DNA of 64,000 bases from Opitutaceae bacterium (GCA_051252375.1 JBPOFY010000001.1:1-64000), one strand, 5' to 3'. Counted from the stretch's first letter, positions 1 through 10,532 are shown. A program made the numbers and translations. The notes: generated from the letters alone by a model not told the origin.

Positions 1-238
1 ACGGGTGGTTGAAACTTTGTGTTTCTTTGTGCCTCTTCGCGGCAATACCTACATCGGCGGATCGATAGGGATATCGAGCCAAAAAAGGGGTCGAACGCAA
101 AAAATAAAGATTTAGAGCAACAATAAACTACTAGCGAGTAAACCAAAAGTGACCAACAGGCACGGGTGGTTGAAACTTTGTGTTTCTTTGTGCCTCTTCG
201 CGGCAATACCTACATCGGCGGATCGATAGGGATATCGA
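1..238. repeat. Tandem duplication with 161-bp period (1-77 = 162-238)
   Basis: The 77-nt sequence acgggtggttgaaac...gatagggatatcga occurs identically at 1-77 and 162-238. Confidence 0.95.
75..174 (+). repeat. ~100-bp direct repeat, copy 1 (starts with cgagccaaaaaaggggtcgaacgc motif)
   Basis: Near-identical to 1471-1571; the core motif also occurs at ~579-610. Confidence 0.9.
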
Positions 239-245
239 TCCCTAC
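218..245 (-). repeat. REP-like palindrome, family B (GTAGGG-ATCGATA-TCCC-TATCGAT-CC)
   Basis: GTAG tetranucleotide followed by a hairpin; related copies at 2178-2197, 4721-4748 and 9513-9540. Confidence 0.8.
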
Positions 246-364
246 CCCAACTTTCGCCTTTTTCGTTTCTTTCGTAGTTAAAAATCCCCGGCGGACAGCA
301 ACGTGACGGCACTTGATAATACGAGAGAAAGGCTGCATGATAAGCAGTTCGGGCGAGCTCTTGC

Positions 365-640
365 TTGCCGCCCACACCTCTACCAACTGTGCGTCTCTCT
401 ACCTACCTCATTTTTTTGGGCTCAGCTGCCGCTTGCTTTGCCCAAACAGACCTTGCTGAAATTCTATCAGGTCAAGGACTGGATCTGCGCGATCCGGCGC
501 AACGCTCGGAGGCGGTCGCACAGGTGCGCACATTGACGGAACAGAGACGGGAACAGGCAAGGCGACTCGCGACAGGAACCCAAAAGGGGTCGAACGCAAA
601 ATATAAAGATACAAGCGCTCACCCTCATATAAAGATCTAG
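365..640 (+). pseudogene. 5' fragment of a secreted protein, apparently truncated at the ggggtcgaacgc motif
   Basis: Signal-peptide-like N-terminus (YLIFLGSAAACFA-Q) and a helical segment; the frame runs into the repeat motif at ~579 and stops soon after. Confidence 0.5.
579..610 (+). repeat. Core motif copy ccc-aaaaggggtcgaacgcaaaatataaagat
   Basis: Matches the cores at ~79-111 and ~1475-1508. Confidence 0.85.
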
Positions 641-750
641 CCAATCGTTTTTCAGAAAATGACCCAAAGCCATCTTCTCTCAGAGGGCTTTCATGGGGTG
701 TTCGAGTAAAGTGCATTTACAACCAGCGCTTGTTTGGTGATCATTGTTTA

Positions 751-1395
751 ATGCCTACCCCAACAGAAATTAATTTTACAAGTGATACGGCTAGGAAACG
801 TGTGGAAAGCTGGCCGGTATGCCCGAGACGAGTTCGCTACTACCAGTATGAATCCGAGGGAGCCAATCGCACCTACGGACAATTCACGGTCGATGCCCGA
901 CTATTAGGCTCACACCTAAACGTCTACATCACTGAAATGCAAAGAGTTAACCTAAGGAACGAAAGACTCATCGAATGGTTTCTCGACGCAGATCAGAATA
1001 ATGACGCAGTGCTGGATTTGCCACGCCAATGGACTAGGTTGGATTTAACTTTTCAGAAGTTCGTCAGAAGAATTGAAGCACCTTGTTTTTGCGTCGCCTG
1101 TAACCGGGAATATCCCATGAACGAGTTAGAACGAATGGATGACAGGATGGGGAGCGCTAAAGGTTCCTGCCTATATGATCGCCTCATCTGCCCAGAGGAT
1201 CATTTACTTCACGAAGTCCTTAGGATCCGGCTTATCAAACGCATTAAGTTCGAGAATCCGTCTTTTCAGGAAGTTATGGCCAATTTGGATGAGGATGGAA
1301 ACGTGATCGACCACGAATTACATCGTAAGTGGGGTTTCGATAAATTCGACTTAGATCCAGACGCTGTGCCAAAGACACTAAAGTTTCGGAGTTAA
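751..1395 (+). CDS. Hypothetical protein with putative Zn-binding Cys/His motif
   Basis: ORF 730-1395, likely ATG at 751; contains CFCVAC...LICPEDH; no family recognised. Confidence 0.7.
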   Translation: MPTPTEINFTSDTARKRVESWPVCPRRVRYYQYESEGANRTYGQFTVDARLLGSHLNVYITEMQRVNLRNERLIEWFLDADQNNDAVLDLPRQWTRLDLTFQKFVRRIEAPCFCVACNREYPMNELERMDDRMGSAKGSCLYDRLICPEDHLLHEVLRIRLIKRIKFENPSFQEVMANLDEDGNVIDHELHRKWGFDKFDLDPDAVPKTLKFRS

Positions 1396-1470
1396 GTCGG
1401 GGGCCCAGCAAACCAAGGAGTAAACTCGCAGGCTAAAGTATCATTACAGAAACATCCCCTAGACTATCAC

Positions 1471-1571
1471 CGAGCCAAAAAAGGGGTCGAACGCAAAAAA
1501 ATAAAGATTTAGAGCAACAATAAACTACTAGCGAGAAAACCAAAGCGACGAACAGGAACGGGTGGTTGAAA
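1471..1571 (+). repeat. ~100-bp direct repeat, copy 2
   Basis: Near-identical to 75-174. Confidence 0.9.
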
Positions 1572-1664
1572 TCCATGTTCCCTAATAATGCTGAAAGCCT
1601 TCCATAAGGCTTTACATATTACCCTCTCATTCAAAAAATCGGTCATCTATCCCGAGTAAAAAAA

Positions 1665-1840
1665 GGCCCCACATGTGCCGTATAAATGGGAGTCCTTGGC
1701 CTTTTGCGTCTAAGGTGGGTGCTTTCTCCGCGGTTTTTGTCTTCCGATTGACGGCTGGACAGCCACCGAAGAGGGTCAAGCTCCCGATTGCGAAAGAGTA
1801 AAGGACAGGACTCCGTTTAGGCTCGAACACTGCAGGGTTG
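1665..1840 (-). ncRNA. ssrS: Probable 6S RNA
   Basis: ~175 nt. The 5' CCCUGCAGUGUUCG pairs with the 3' CGGCACAUGUGGGG. Internal GGGAGCUUGACC and CACCCACCUU segments resemble 6S, and a U-tract follows. Confidence 0.75.
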
Positions 1841-1936
1841 AGAGGAACATAGACCACCCGATCACTTAATCAACCGGAATCGGTGGATTGATTTTAGGAT
1901 AGTTGATGGCGGATGGCTTGCGGACCTTACGATGAA

Positions 1937-2197
1937 CACGGCACAGAGTGCCGTGGCTACACTACGCCTAGAATGGACAGGAAGATTGAGATAAGAAATT
2001 GTAGCCACGGCAGTCTCTGCCGTGTCGCAACGCGTGACGGACTAGATGAAAAACACGGCACAGAGTGCCGTGGCTACACTACGAGACGGAAAAACACGGC
2101 AGTCTCTGCCGTGCCGTAACACGTGATGGGCTTTTCAAAAACACGGCAGAGACTGCCGTGGCTACACTTCCAAAAATGAGAGGATATCGTGCCCTAC
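1937..2197. repeat. Cluster of REP-like palindromes (family A GTAGCCACGGCAGTCTCTGCCGTG, alternating orientation) plus one family B copy
   Basis: Family A copies at 1937-1960, 2001-2024, 2054-2077, 2095-2113 and 2142-2165; partial family B copy at 2178-2197. Confidence 0.9.
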
Positions 2198-2742
2198 CTT
2201 TTGCCTTTACGCACGCATTGCGCGTAGGTGCGCTTGATATGGCGGACGACTTCGACGATGCTGCGGCCTTCGGTGCTGATACATGCCCCGGAATTCATAT
2301 AGATCGGCTCGCGCTCGGCGAGGAGCTGGCGCACACGATCGGCGGGATTCTCCACATTCAGCAAGGGTCGGTTTTTATTTCGGCTGGTCCGCTCGACAAT
2401 CGTATCGGCGGAGGCAAAGAGACAAATCACGATCCCCTTGGTTTTTAATAGCTCCGACATCCCTGACTGAACGACCAGACCACCTCCACAGGAAACAATG
2501 CAGTTCCCGGCCTTATGACCTGACTCGATAAACTCGCGTTCGTATTGACGAAAGCGAGCCTCCCCTTCCGTCTCAAAAATCTGCGGGATCTTTTTACCGA
2601 CCTTTCGTTCGATCTGATCGTCAGAGTCCACAAATTCAAACCCCATCTCGCGCGCCAAACGACGCCCGATCGCGGATTTACCCACCCCCATAAAACCGAC
2701 TAGGTAGAGGTTTGGTTTGATTTGTTGGTTTGCCTGATTCAC
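2194..2742 (-). CDS. aroK: Shikimate kinase
   Basis: LYLVGFMGVGKS P-loop, DSD, GEARFR, SCGGG and RPLL motifs; likely GTG start at 2742. Confidence 0.95.
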   Translation of the reverse strand: MNQANQQIKPNLYLVGFMGVGKSAIGRRLAREMGFEFVDSDDQIERKVGKKIPQIFETEGEARFRQYEREFIESGHKAGNCIVSCGGGLVVQSGMSELLKTKGIVICLFASADTIVERTSRNKNRPLLNVENPADRVRQLLAEREPIYMNSGACISTEGRSIVEVVRHIKRTYAQCVRKGKR

Positions 2743-2890
2743 GCCCGCGATTGTGCAGAACTCTTTCCGCAAGGCGCGATAAAAAAGTGTGTGGACGGAA
2801 AAATTCAGATTGGGACAAGAATTTTGGCAGAATAATTTATGACAGAATAATTCGTCGATGATGCAGGCCTTCGCTCTGAGGCTTAATCAT

Positions 2891-2926
2891 CAGCCATTAT
2901 TCATTATTCATTAGCCATCAGCCATT
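2891..2926. repeat. Heptamer array (agccatt/attcatt)
   Basis: Visible directly; an inverted counterpart lies at 3452-3489. Confidence 0.8.
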
Positions 2927-2998
2927 GAACCGAAGCGATTCGCTGCCCTAATTCTGAATTTAGGTTGATGCGTTGATCCGATCGCACATATTTAGGTC

Positions 2999-3442
2999 AT
3001 GGATAACAACGTCGTATGCATTGAAGTGAAGGGAGTCATGCCCACCTCGAACGGGTGTGCGGTCTTTTTGGGCAGCAGCGAAAAGACTTTCGTCATCTAC
3101 GTGGACCAAGGCATCGGCGAAGCGATCCAACGCGCGGTCAATGGCGAAGAATCTGAGCGTCCGATGACCCATAACCTCATGCTCACCCTTCTCGACGGGC
3201 TCGGCGCAGAGGTGGAACGTGTGGTGATCAACCATGTGAATGAAGGCACCTTTTTTGCCCGTATCATCGTCTCGATGGAAAATGAGCTCGGTCATAAGAT
3301 CGTGGAAGTGGATGCGCGACCCAGTGACTCCATCGTGCTGGCGCTCACCTCCGAAAAGCCACTCTACGCCGCCCGCGAAGTGATGGACTCGGTCGATGAC
3401 ATGACCGAAATCCTGGAAAAAATCCTCAAACAGGATACGTAA
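2999..3442 (+). CDS. Bifunctional nuclease family protein (DUF151)
   Basis: RPMTHNL, GTFFARI and DARPSDSIVLAL motifs. Confidence 0.9.
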   Translation: MDNNVVCIEVKGVMPTSNGCAVFLGSSEKTFVIYVDQGIGEAIQRAVNGEESERPMTHNLMLTLLDGLGAEVERVVINHVNEGTFFARIIVSMENELGHKIVEVDARPSDSIVLALTSEKPLYAAREVMDSVDDMTEILEKILKQDT

Positions 3443-3451
3443 ACACTACTG

Positions 3452-3489
3452 TAATGAATAATGGCTAATGGCTAATGGCTAATGGCTGA
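3452..3489. repeat. Heptamer array (aatggct/aatgaat)
   Basis: taatgaataatggctaatggctaatggctaatggctga. Confidence 0.85.
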
Positions 3490-3636
3490 CTCCGAATTAC
3501 TGATGGTTCGCTATTCTTCAACATTTGTTCCCTCACTTGCCCAAAGGGCTCCCAGTTCAGTCACCCCTTGCGGGGCAAACTTAGCATAGCCTAAGTTCAC
3601 CATCTTCGCGCTGTCGCGCTTCGTCAGCATTTTAAA

Positions 3637-4701
3637 ATGACCTCTCTCCCAGAACCTCTCATCCCCGGTCAACCATGGACGGCGCTCGCCCCCATGCAGG
3701 ATGTGACGAACTTGCCTTTCATGCAGCTGCTGGGGAAATACGGGGCACCGGATCTACTCTTTACTGAATTTTTCCGCGTGCATGGGCACTCGTCGCTGGA
3801 TCAACCGATGATCGACTCGATCTGCCAACATGGCACAGGGCGCCCGGTCTTCATCCAACTCATCGGCGAAAGCTTACCGGACCTGGAACGCACCGTGCGC
3901 GAGATCGAGGAGCGTGAACTCCCAGTGGCGGGGATCGACCTGAACATGGGCTGCCCTGCCCCGAAGGTGTATAAGAAAAACGTGGGCGGCGGTCTCTTGC
4001 GCGAACCTTGCAAAGTGGACGAAGTGCTGGGCTGTTTGCGTGCGGCGATCAAAGGACGTTTCACAGTGAAGATGCGTATCGGGTTCGATGGGGACGAACA
4101 TTTCGAAGCCATCCTCGATCTGGTGGAGAAACACGATGTGGATTTACTCAGTCTCCATGCGCGCACCGTGAAAGAAGCCTACCGCAGCGAGGTGCACTAC
4201 GAATACATCAAACGCGCGGCCGAGCGTGTGCCCTGCCCTGTGCTCGCCAACGGCAACGTCACCTCCGTCGCCAAGGGACAGTGGGTGCTGGACGAAACCA
4301 AAAGCGCGGGTCTCATGGTCGGGCGGTCCTGCATACGCAACCCGTGGATCTTCCGTCAGCTTCGCGAGCATTTTGCGGGACAACCCATTTTCCAGCCCAC
4401 ACTCGGCGATGTGCGTAACTACATTGAGGACCTGTTCCAGTCCACTGGTCACAAGAAGCGCGATGAGCTCAGCCACGTGAACCACATGAAAAAGTTCCTC
4501 AACTTCGTCGGTCTCGGCGTCGATGTGGACGGGCAGTTCCTGCACGACATGCGCCGCACCCGATCCAAAGACGAGCTGGATACGGTCTGCGACCGCCATT
4601 TGATCGACAACGGGCGAGCCGAGCTCCTTTTCCCGGATGAACCGATCAAGGGCCTCATCGCCCGCCCAAATTGTGAAACCTCACAAGGTTGCTCGCTCTA
4701 G
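3637..4701 (+). CDS. tRNA-dihydrouridine synthase family protein
   Basis: LAPMQDVT, IDLNMGCP, VKMRIG, LHART, ANGNV and MVGR motifs. Confidence 0.93.
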   Translation: MTSLPEPLIPGQPWTALAPMQDVTNLPFMQLLGKYGAPDLLFTEFFRVHGHSSLDQPMIDSICQHGTGRPVFIQLIGESLPDLERTVREIEERELPVAGIDLNMGCPAPKVYKKNVGGGLLREPCKVDEVLGCLRAAIKGRFTVKMRIGFDGDEHFEAILDLVEKHDVDLLSLHARTVKEAYRSEVHYEYIKRAAERVPCPVLANGNVTSVAKGQWVLDETKSAGLMVGRSCIRNPWIFRQLREHFAGQPIFQPTLGDVRNYIEDLFQSTGHKKRDELSHVNHMKKFLNFVGLGVDVDGQFLHDMRRTRSKDELDTVCDRHLIDNGRAELLFPDEPIKGLIARPNCETSQGCSL

Positions 4702-4720
4702 GCGTCAGGCGTAACCATTG

Positions 4721-4827
4721 GCGGCACGATAGGGATATCGTGCCCTACCAGAAATGTAGCCACGGCAGTCTCTGCCGTGCCGCGTGACGGACTTTACGAT
4801 GAACACGGCAGAGACTGCCGTGGCTAC
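4721..4827. repeat. REP-like cluster (family B copy plus inverted family A pair)
   Basis: Copies at 4721-4748, 4756-4779 and 4804-4827. Confidence 0.9.
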
Positions 4828-5038
4828 ATCCTTAGATTCCGTATCTCACATCCCGCATCTCACATCCCGTAAGTGGCCACACTTAGCGAGTTTGACAGGC
4901 TCGTAGGAGCTAGGATGAATCAGATTCATCCCTCTCCATCTTTTTCTTTTACGAAAAGAACCCAAAAGAGATTGCACCTCGCATAAGTCATTGGCATTCA
5001 AGAATGCTTTTCGCGTCTTTAACACCAAATCATAACAG

Positions 5039-6232
5039 ATGAACATCCACGAGTATCAGGCAAAACGCCTTCTTCAGGAATACGGAGTCCCCGTCCCGCG
5101 CGGTTACGCCGCTCAAACATCCCTCGAAGTCGACACCGCAATCTCCCACCTTAGCGATGACGATATGATCGTTGTTAAGGCCCAAATCCACGCAGGTGGA
5201 CGCGGCAAGGGCACCTTCATTGACGGCTACAAAGGTGGCGTTAAAGTGGTTAAAGGTCGCAAAGCTGCAAAGGAAGCAGCCTCCCACATGTTGGACAACA
5301 CACTCGTCACTGCACAAACTGGCCCTGAAGGCCGCAAGGTGCAGACACTCTATGTCACAGAAGGTTGCGACATCGAGCACGAGTATTACCTCGCAATCGT
5401 ATTGGATCGCGAAACCGCTCAGTCCATGATCATCGCTTCGACCGAAGGTGGGATGGACATCGAGGAAGTCGCTGATAAGACTCCGGAGAAATTGATCCGC
5501 GTGCCCGTTTCCCCAACAATGGGTCTGCGCCACCACCAAGCTCGCCAAGTCGCTTACGCACTCGGCTTCGAAGGTGACCAAGTAAAGCAATTCACGCGCA
5601 TCCTCTCCGGCGTCTACAAGATGTTCTGGGAAAAGAATGCAATGATGGTCGAGATCAACCCATTGGTCACAGACAAAGCAGGCAACCTCAGCGCACTCGA
5701 TGCCAAGGTTTCCTTCGACGACAACGCGATCTTCCAACATCCGGAAATCCAACAGCTCCGCGACTTGAACGAAGAAGACCCGAAGGAAATCGAAGCTTCC
5801 AAGCACAACCTCGCTTATATCGCACTCGATGGTAACATCGCCTGTATGGTGAACGGTGCCGGCCTCGCCATGGCGACAATGGACATCATCCAAAGCTTCG
5901 GCGGCTCACCCGCCAACTTCCTCGACGTGGGTGGAGGTGCCAACGAAGACCAAGTCACCGCGGCCTTCAAAATCATTCTTTCCGATCCAAACGTTAAGGG
6001 CATCCTCGTGAATATCTTCGGTGGTATCATGAAGTGCGACGTAATCGCCAACGGTATCGTTGCAGCAGCCAAGAACGTCGATATCACCGTGCCACTCGTT
6101 GTGCGCCTCGAAGGCACCAACGTCGAAGCCGGCAAGAAAATCCTCCGTGAAAGCGGCGTCGCCCTCACTCCTGCTGATAGTCTCGTGCAAGCCGCCGAGA
6201 TCATCGTCGAGCAAGTCAAGGCAGTCAGCTAA
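5039..6232 (+). CDS. sucC: Succinyl-CoA synthetase beta subunit
   Basis: [32 protein letters not shown] and NIFGGI motifs. Confidence 0.98.
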   Translation: MNIHEYQAKRLLQEYGVPVPRGYAAQTSLEVDTAISHLSDDDMIVVKAQIHAGGRGKGTFIDGYKGGVKVVKGRKAAKEAASHMLDNTLVTAQTGPEGRKVQTLYVTEGCDIEHEYYLAIVLDRETAQSMIIASTEGGMDIEEVADKTPEKLIRVPVSPTMGLRHHQARQVAYALGFEGDQVKQFTRILSGVYKMFWEKNAMMVEINPLVTDKAGNLSALDAKVSFDDNAIFQHPEIQQLRDLNEEDPKEIEASKHNLAYIALDGNIACMVNGAGLAMATMDIIQSFGGSPANFLDVGGGANEDQVTAAFKIILSDPNVKGILVNIFGGIMKCDVIANGIVAAAKNVDITVPLVVRLEGTNVEAGKKILRESGVALTPADSLVQAAEIIVEQVKAVS

Positions 6233-6264
6233 TCCCACAACGATCACATTTAAGAAATAATCCA

Positions 6265-7149
<885 letters not shown>

Positions 7150-7213
7150 ATTCGCTCCGCGAATCTAACCAGAAGCTAGAATACAGAAGACAGTAGTCAG
7201 AAGATTCACTTTC

Positions 7214-7249
7214 AAATCTGCTCGTGGTTTCGACCCGAGCAGATTTTTT
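7214..7249 (+). terminator. Rho-independent terminator after sucCD
   Basis: aaatctgctcg...cgagcagattt stem followed by a T-tract. Confidence 0.8.
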
Positions 7250-7256
7250 GTGCCCC

Positions 7257-7480
7257 AACCTCTAAGCCTCCCAACCTCCCAACCTCTAATCCTCCAAACC
7301 TCTCAACCTCTCAACCTCTCAACCTCCAAACCTCCAAACCTCCAAACCTCCAAACCTCCCAACCTCCCAACCTCTAATCCTCCCAACCTCTCAACCTCCT
7401 AACCTCTCAACCTCCAAACCTCTCAACCTCCAAACCTCCAAACCTCCAAACCTCCCAACTTCCCAACTTCCCCACCTCTC
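7257..7480. repeat. Tandem array of ~28 degenerate 8-mers (AACCTCYN)
   Basis: Units aacctcca/aacctctc/aacctccc/aacctcta in exact 8-nt register. Confidence 0.95.
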
Positions 7481-7533
7481 CCCCCCCTACTTAAAGTTGG
7501 ACTTCTCTGTGCAGATCGAATGAAACTAGCCCT

Positions 7534-8019
7534 ATGAAAATCGCTATCTACCCGGGCTCGTTTGACCCGATCACCAATGGCCACCTTGATGTGATCAACC
7601 GTGGTCGTCGTATTTTCGATAAAGTCGTCGTTGCAGTGGCACGGAACGCAGCCAAGAACCCGCTTTTTACCTCGGAAGAACGTGTCGAGTTGATCAAGGA
7701 AAACGTCAAGGACCGCCCCAACATCGAAGTGATCGCATTTGACGGTCTGATCGTGGACCTCGCCGAGCAGCTCAACGCGGTGGCTCTCATCCGTGGATTG
7801 CGCGCGGTGTCGGACTTTGAGCACGAATTTCAAATGGCCCAAATGAACCGTCATCTTGACGAAAAGATCGAAACGATCTTCCTCATGCCAAATGAACAGT
7901 TTTTCTTCACCAGCTCCAACCTCGTGAAACAGGTATTTAAATTTACTGACCGTGAGCGGCACCTGATTCCAGAGAATGTGCACGCCGCACTCTCGAAGAA
8001 ATTCGGGCATTCCAAATAA
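7534..8019 (+). CDS. coaD: Pantetheine-phosphate adenylyltransferase
   Basis: [12 protein letters not shown] and [11 protein letters not shown] motifs. Confidence 0.98.
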   Translation: MKIAIYPGSFDPITNGHLDVINRGRRIFDKVVVAVARNAAKNPLFTSEERVELIKENVKDRPNIEVIAFDGLIVDLAEQLNAVALIRGLRAVSDFEHEFQMAQMNRHLDEKIETIFLMPNEQFFFTSSNLVKQVFKFTDRERHLIPENVHAALSKKFGHSK

Positions 8020-8020
8020 A

Positions 8021-9370
8021 ATGGCTACAGACTCGACGCAAACGCCCGCCACTACCAAGAGCCGACGGACGCTGGGGATCATATTTCTCACGCTCTTCCT
8101 CGACCTGGTTGGATTCTCGATTATTTTTCCGCTGTTCCCAGCGATGCTGGACTACTACCTGCCCAACGGCGCGGGTGATGGCAGCCTACTCGGTCAATTG
8201 ATCGCGCCGATCGCGAGCTTGGCGGAGCGCAGCGGTGCCGAAGATCCACGCTTCATGACAGCGGTGCTGTTTGGCGGTATCCTCGGCTCACTCTATTCCA
8301 TACTGCAGTTTATCTGCGCACCACTCTGGGGTGCCTACTCTGACCGCGTGGGTCGCCGCAAGGTGCTGCTGATCACGATCAGCGGCTTGGCCCTGAGCTA
8401 TGTGGCATGGTTTTTCGCGGCATCGTTCTGGATACTCATTCTAGCGCGCGTGCTGGGCGGCATCATGGGAGGTAACCTCTCGGTAGCCACAGCGGCCGTA
8501 GCGGACACCACGAGCCGTGAGAAGCGCTCCAGCGGTCTTGCCATCATCGGCATTGCCTTCGGTCTCGGTTTCATCGTCGGTCCCGCCATCGGCGGTCTAT
8601 TCAGCCTGATCAATCTAACTGAGTTAATCCCGCACGCAGAACGCTTTGGACTGAACCCGTTCTCTATGCCTGCCCTGGTGAGCTTAACGCTCGCCGTGAT
8701 CAATCTGGTCTGGGTGGCTCGCCGCTTTGAAGAAACCCTACCCGTAGAAAAACGCGGTCAACCAAGCGAACGCAAAGGTCTCGCCGTCTTTAAACTCTTT
8801 CAGACACCGACACCTGCGACTCGTCGCACCAACTTGGTATACCTGCTCTACATGCTAGCCTTCAGCGGGATGGAGTTCACGCTCACCTTTCTCGCAGTGG
8901 AACGCTTTGGTTTCAGCCCAACTAAGAACGGCATGATGTTCGTCTTTATCGGTTTCATCCTGATTCTGGTGCAGGGCGGTATCGTGCGCCGCCTCGCCAA
9001 ACCGGTGGGTGAGAAACGTCTCGCGGTCGCCGGATTGGCCTGTGGCACGGTGGCCTTTCTCGTTCTCGCCTATGCCTTGAACCTAGGCATCTTCTTTACC
9101 GCGCTCGCGATCATGGCTTTATCGATCGGGCTTTGCTCCCCGACGCTCAGCGCGCTGGTATCGCTCTATTCCAACGAGCAAGAACAAGGCGCCGCGCTTG
9201 GCATCTTTCGCTCCGCCGGCTCACTGGCACGCGCCATCGGTCCACTGACCGCGGCCATGCTCTACTTCGCCTACGGCTCGAAAAGCGCCTACCTCTGTGG
9301 AGCACTCGTCATCATCGTGCCCTTCTTCATGGCACTGAGTTTACCCAAGCCGGAGAAAGTCGAGGCGTAG
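8021..9370 (+). CDS. MFS transporter (TetA/DHA1-like)
   Basis: [26 protein letters not shown] motif A and [10 protein letters not shown]; likely ATG at 8021. Confidence 0.92.
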   Translation: MATDSTQTPATTKSRRTLGIIFLTLFLDLVGFSIIFPLFPAMLDYYLPNGAGDGSLLGQLIAPIASLAERSGAEDPRFMTAVLFGGILGSLYSILQFICAPLWGAYSDRVGRRKVLLITISGLALSYVAWFFAASFWILILARVLGGIMGGNLSVATAAVADTTSREKRSSGLAIIGIAFGLGFIVGPAIGGLFSLINLTELIPHAERFGLNPFSMPALVSLTLAVINLVWVARRFEETLPVEKRGQPSERKGLAVFKLFQTPTPATRRTNLVYLLYMLAFSGMEFTLTFLAVERFGFSPTKNGMMFVFIGFILILVQGGIVRRLAKPVGEKRLAVAGLACGTVAFLVLAYALNLGIFFTALAIMALSIGLCSPTLSALVSLYSNEQEQGAALGIFRSAGSLARAIGPLTAAMLYFAYGSKSAYLCGALVIIVPFFMALSLPKPEKVEA

Positions 9371-9404
9371 GGTTCTGGTTATCCGAGGACGACGGGAGAG
9401 AAGT

Positions 9405-9540
9405 GTAGCCACGGCAGTCCCCTGCCGTGTCGCATGACGGACGTGGCGAAAAACACGGCAGAGACTGCCGTGGCTACATTCGAGATACAACGACCAACGC
9501 AACTCACCAATCGCGGCACGATAAGGATATCGTGCCTTAC
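9405..9540. repeat. REP-like cluster (inverted family A pair plus degenerate family B copy)
   Basis: Copies at 9405-9428, 9454-9477 and 9513-9540, between convergent genes. Confidence 0.9.
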
Positions 9541-9557
9541 CGGACCAATGCTTGGGT

Positions 9558-10508
9558 CTAGAAGCCTTTGATGTCGAAGAGACCGGTGACGCTGGCGTTG
9601 TTGTGAATGCGCTTGATGCCTTCACCGAGTAAAGCGGCGACACTCAAGACAGTGATGGGCACACCTTCGCGCTGCTCAACAGGAGTCGTATTGGTCGTGA
9701 TCAGACGATCAATCGCACCGGAGGCAAGGCGCTCGTAGCCCATGTCATTCAATACCCCGTGGCTGACAGCCGCCATCACGCTCTTGGCACCATTGGCTTT
9801 GAGCAACTTGGCTGCGGCACAGAGTGTGCCAGCGGTTTCGGTCATGTCATCGATCAAAAGAATATCGCGTCCTTCGGTCTCGCCCACGAGTGAAGTGGCT
9901 TCAACGACCTCTGCTGAGACACGGCGCTTAGCGATAAAGCCCAGAGGCACGTCCAGCATACCCGCGTAAGCAGAAGCCATTTTCATACCTCCGATGTCGG
10001 GTGAGAAGAGCGTGAGATTACTGGTGTCGATATCTTTTAAATACTCAAAGAGCACCGGTGATGCGTAGAGATGATCGACCGGAATATCAAAGAAGCCTTG
10101 GATTTGCTGAGCGTGCAGGTCAACTGTGAGCACACGGTTGGCTCCCGCAGAAACGAGCAAGTTGGCGACCAATTTGGAAGTGATCGGCACACGGGGCTGA
10201 TCTTTACGGTCCTGACGGGCATAGCCGTAGAAAGGAATCACCGCGGTGATACGATTGGCCGATGCACGGCGAGCGGCGTCGATCATGATGAAAAGCTCCA
10301 TCAAGTTCTGATTGGCCGGGTTGCAAGTGGACTGGATAATGAAGACATCCGCACCACGAATGTTCTCGTTGATACGAACGAAGCTTTCACCGTCGGGAAA
10401 ACTGATCACATCGGCTTGGCCTAGTGGCACCCCGATATATTCGCAGATTTCGTTGGCGAGTGCCGGGTTGGAATTGCCGCAGAAGATTTTCAGGGAGCTT
10501 GGTTGCAT
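9558..10508 (-). CDS. prs: Ribose-phosphate pyrophosphokinase
   Basis: FPDGE, YGYARQDRK, DLHAQQIQGFF and DDMTETAGT motifs. Confidence 0.98.
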   Translation of the reverse strand: MQPSSLKIFCGNSNPALANEICEYIGVPLGQADVISFPDGESFVRINENIRGADVFIIQSTCNPANQNLMELFIMIDAARRASANRITAVIPFYGYARQDRKDQPRVPITSKLVANLLVSAGANRVLTVDLHAQQIQGFFDIPVDHLYASPVLFEYLKDIDTSNLTLFSPDIGGMKMASAYAGMLDVPLGFIAKRRVSAEVVEATSLVGETEGRDILLIDDMTETAGTLCAAAKLLKANGAKSVMAAVSHGVLNDMGYERLASGAIDRLITTNTTPVEQREGVPITVLSVAALLGEGIKRIHNNASVTGLFDIKGF

Positions 10509-10532
10509 ATCAATATTTAGATGAATGAGGCC

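Noticed and set aside
75..1571. Integron attC cassette array or IS element
   Set aside because: I see no RYYYAAC...GTTRRRY attC structure, terminal inverted repeats, integrase or transposase in the window. It is kept only as an unexplained junction motif.
1627..1857. 76-aa minus-strand ORF
   Set aside because: It overlaps the probable 6S RNA and has no protein-like features.
1937..2197. Possible CRISPR array
   Set aside because: The repeats alternate in orientation, spacing is irregular, the spacers resemble each other, copies are dispersed elsewhere, and no cas genes are present. This fits REP elements.
1913..2448. Plus-strand ORFs 1913-2119 and 2065-2448
   Set aside because: They are translations of REP repeats and the antisense strand of aroK.
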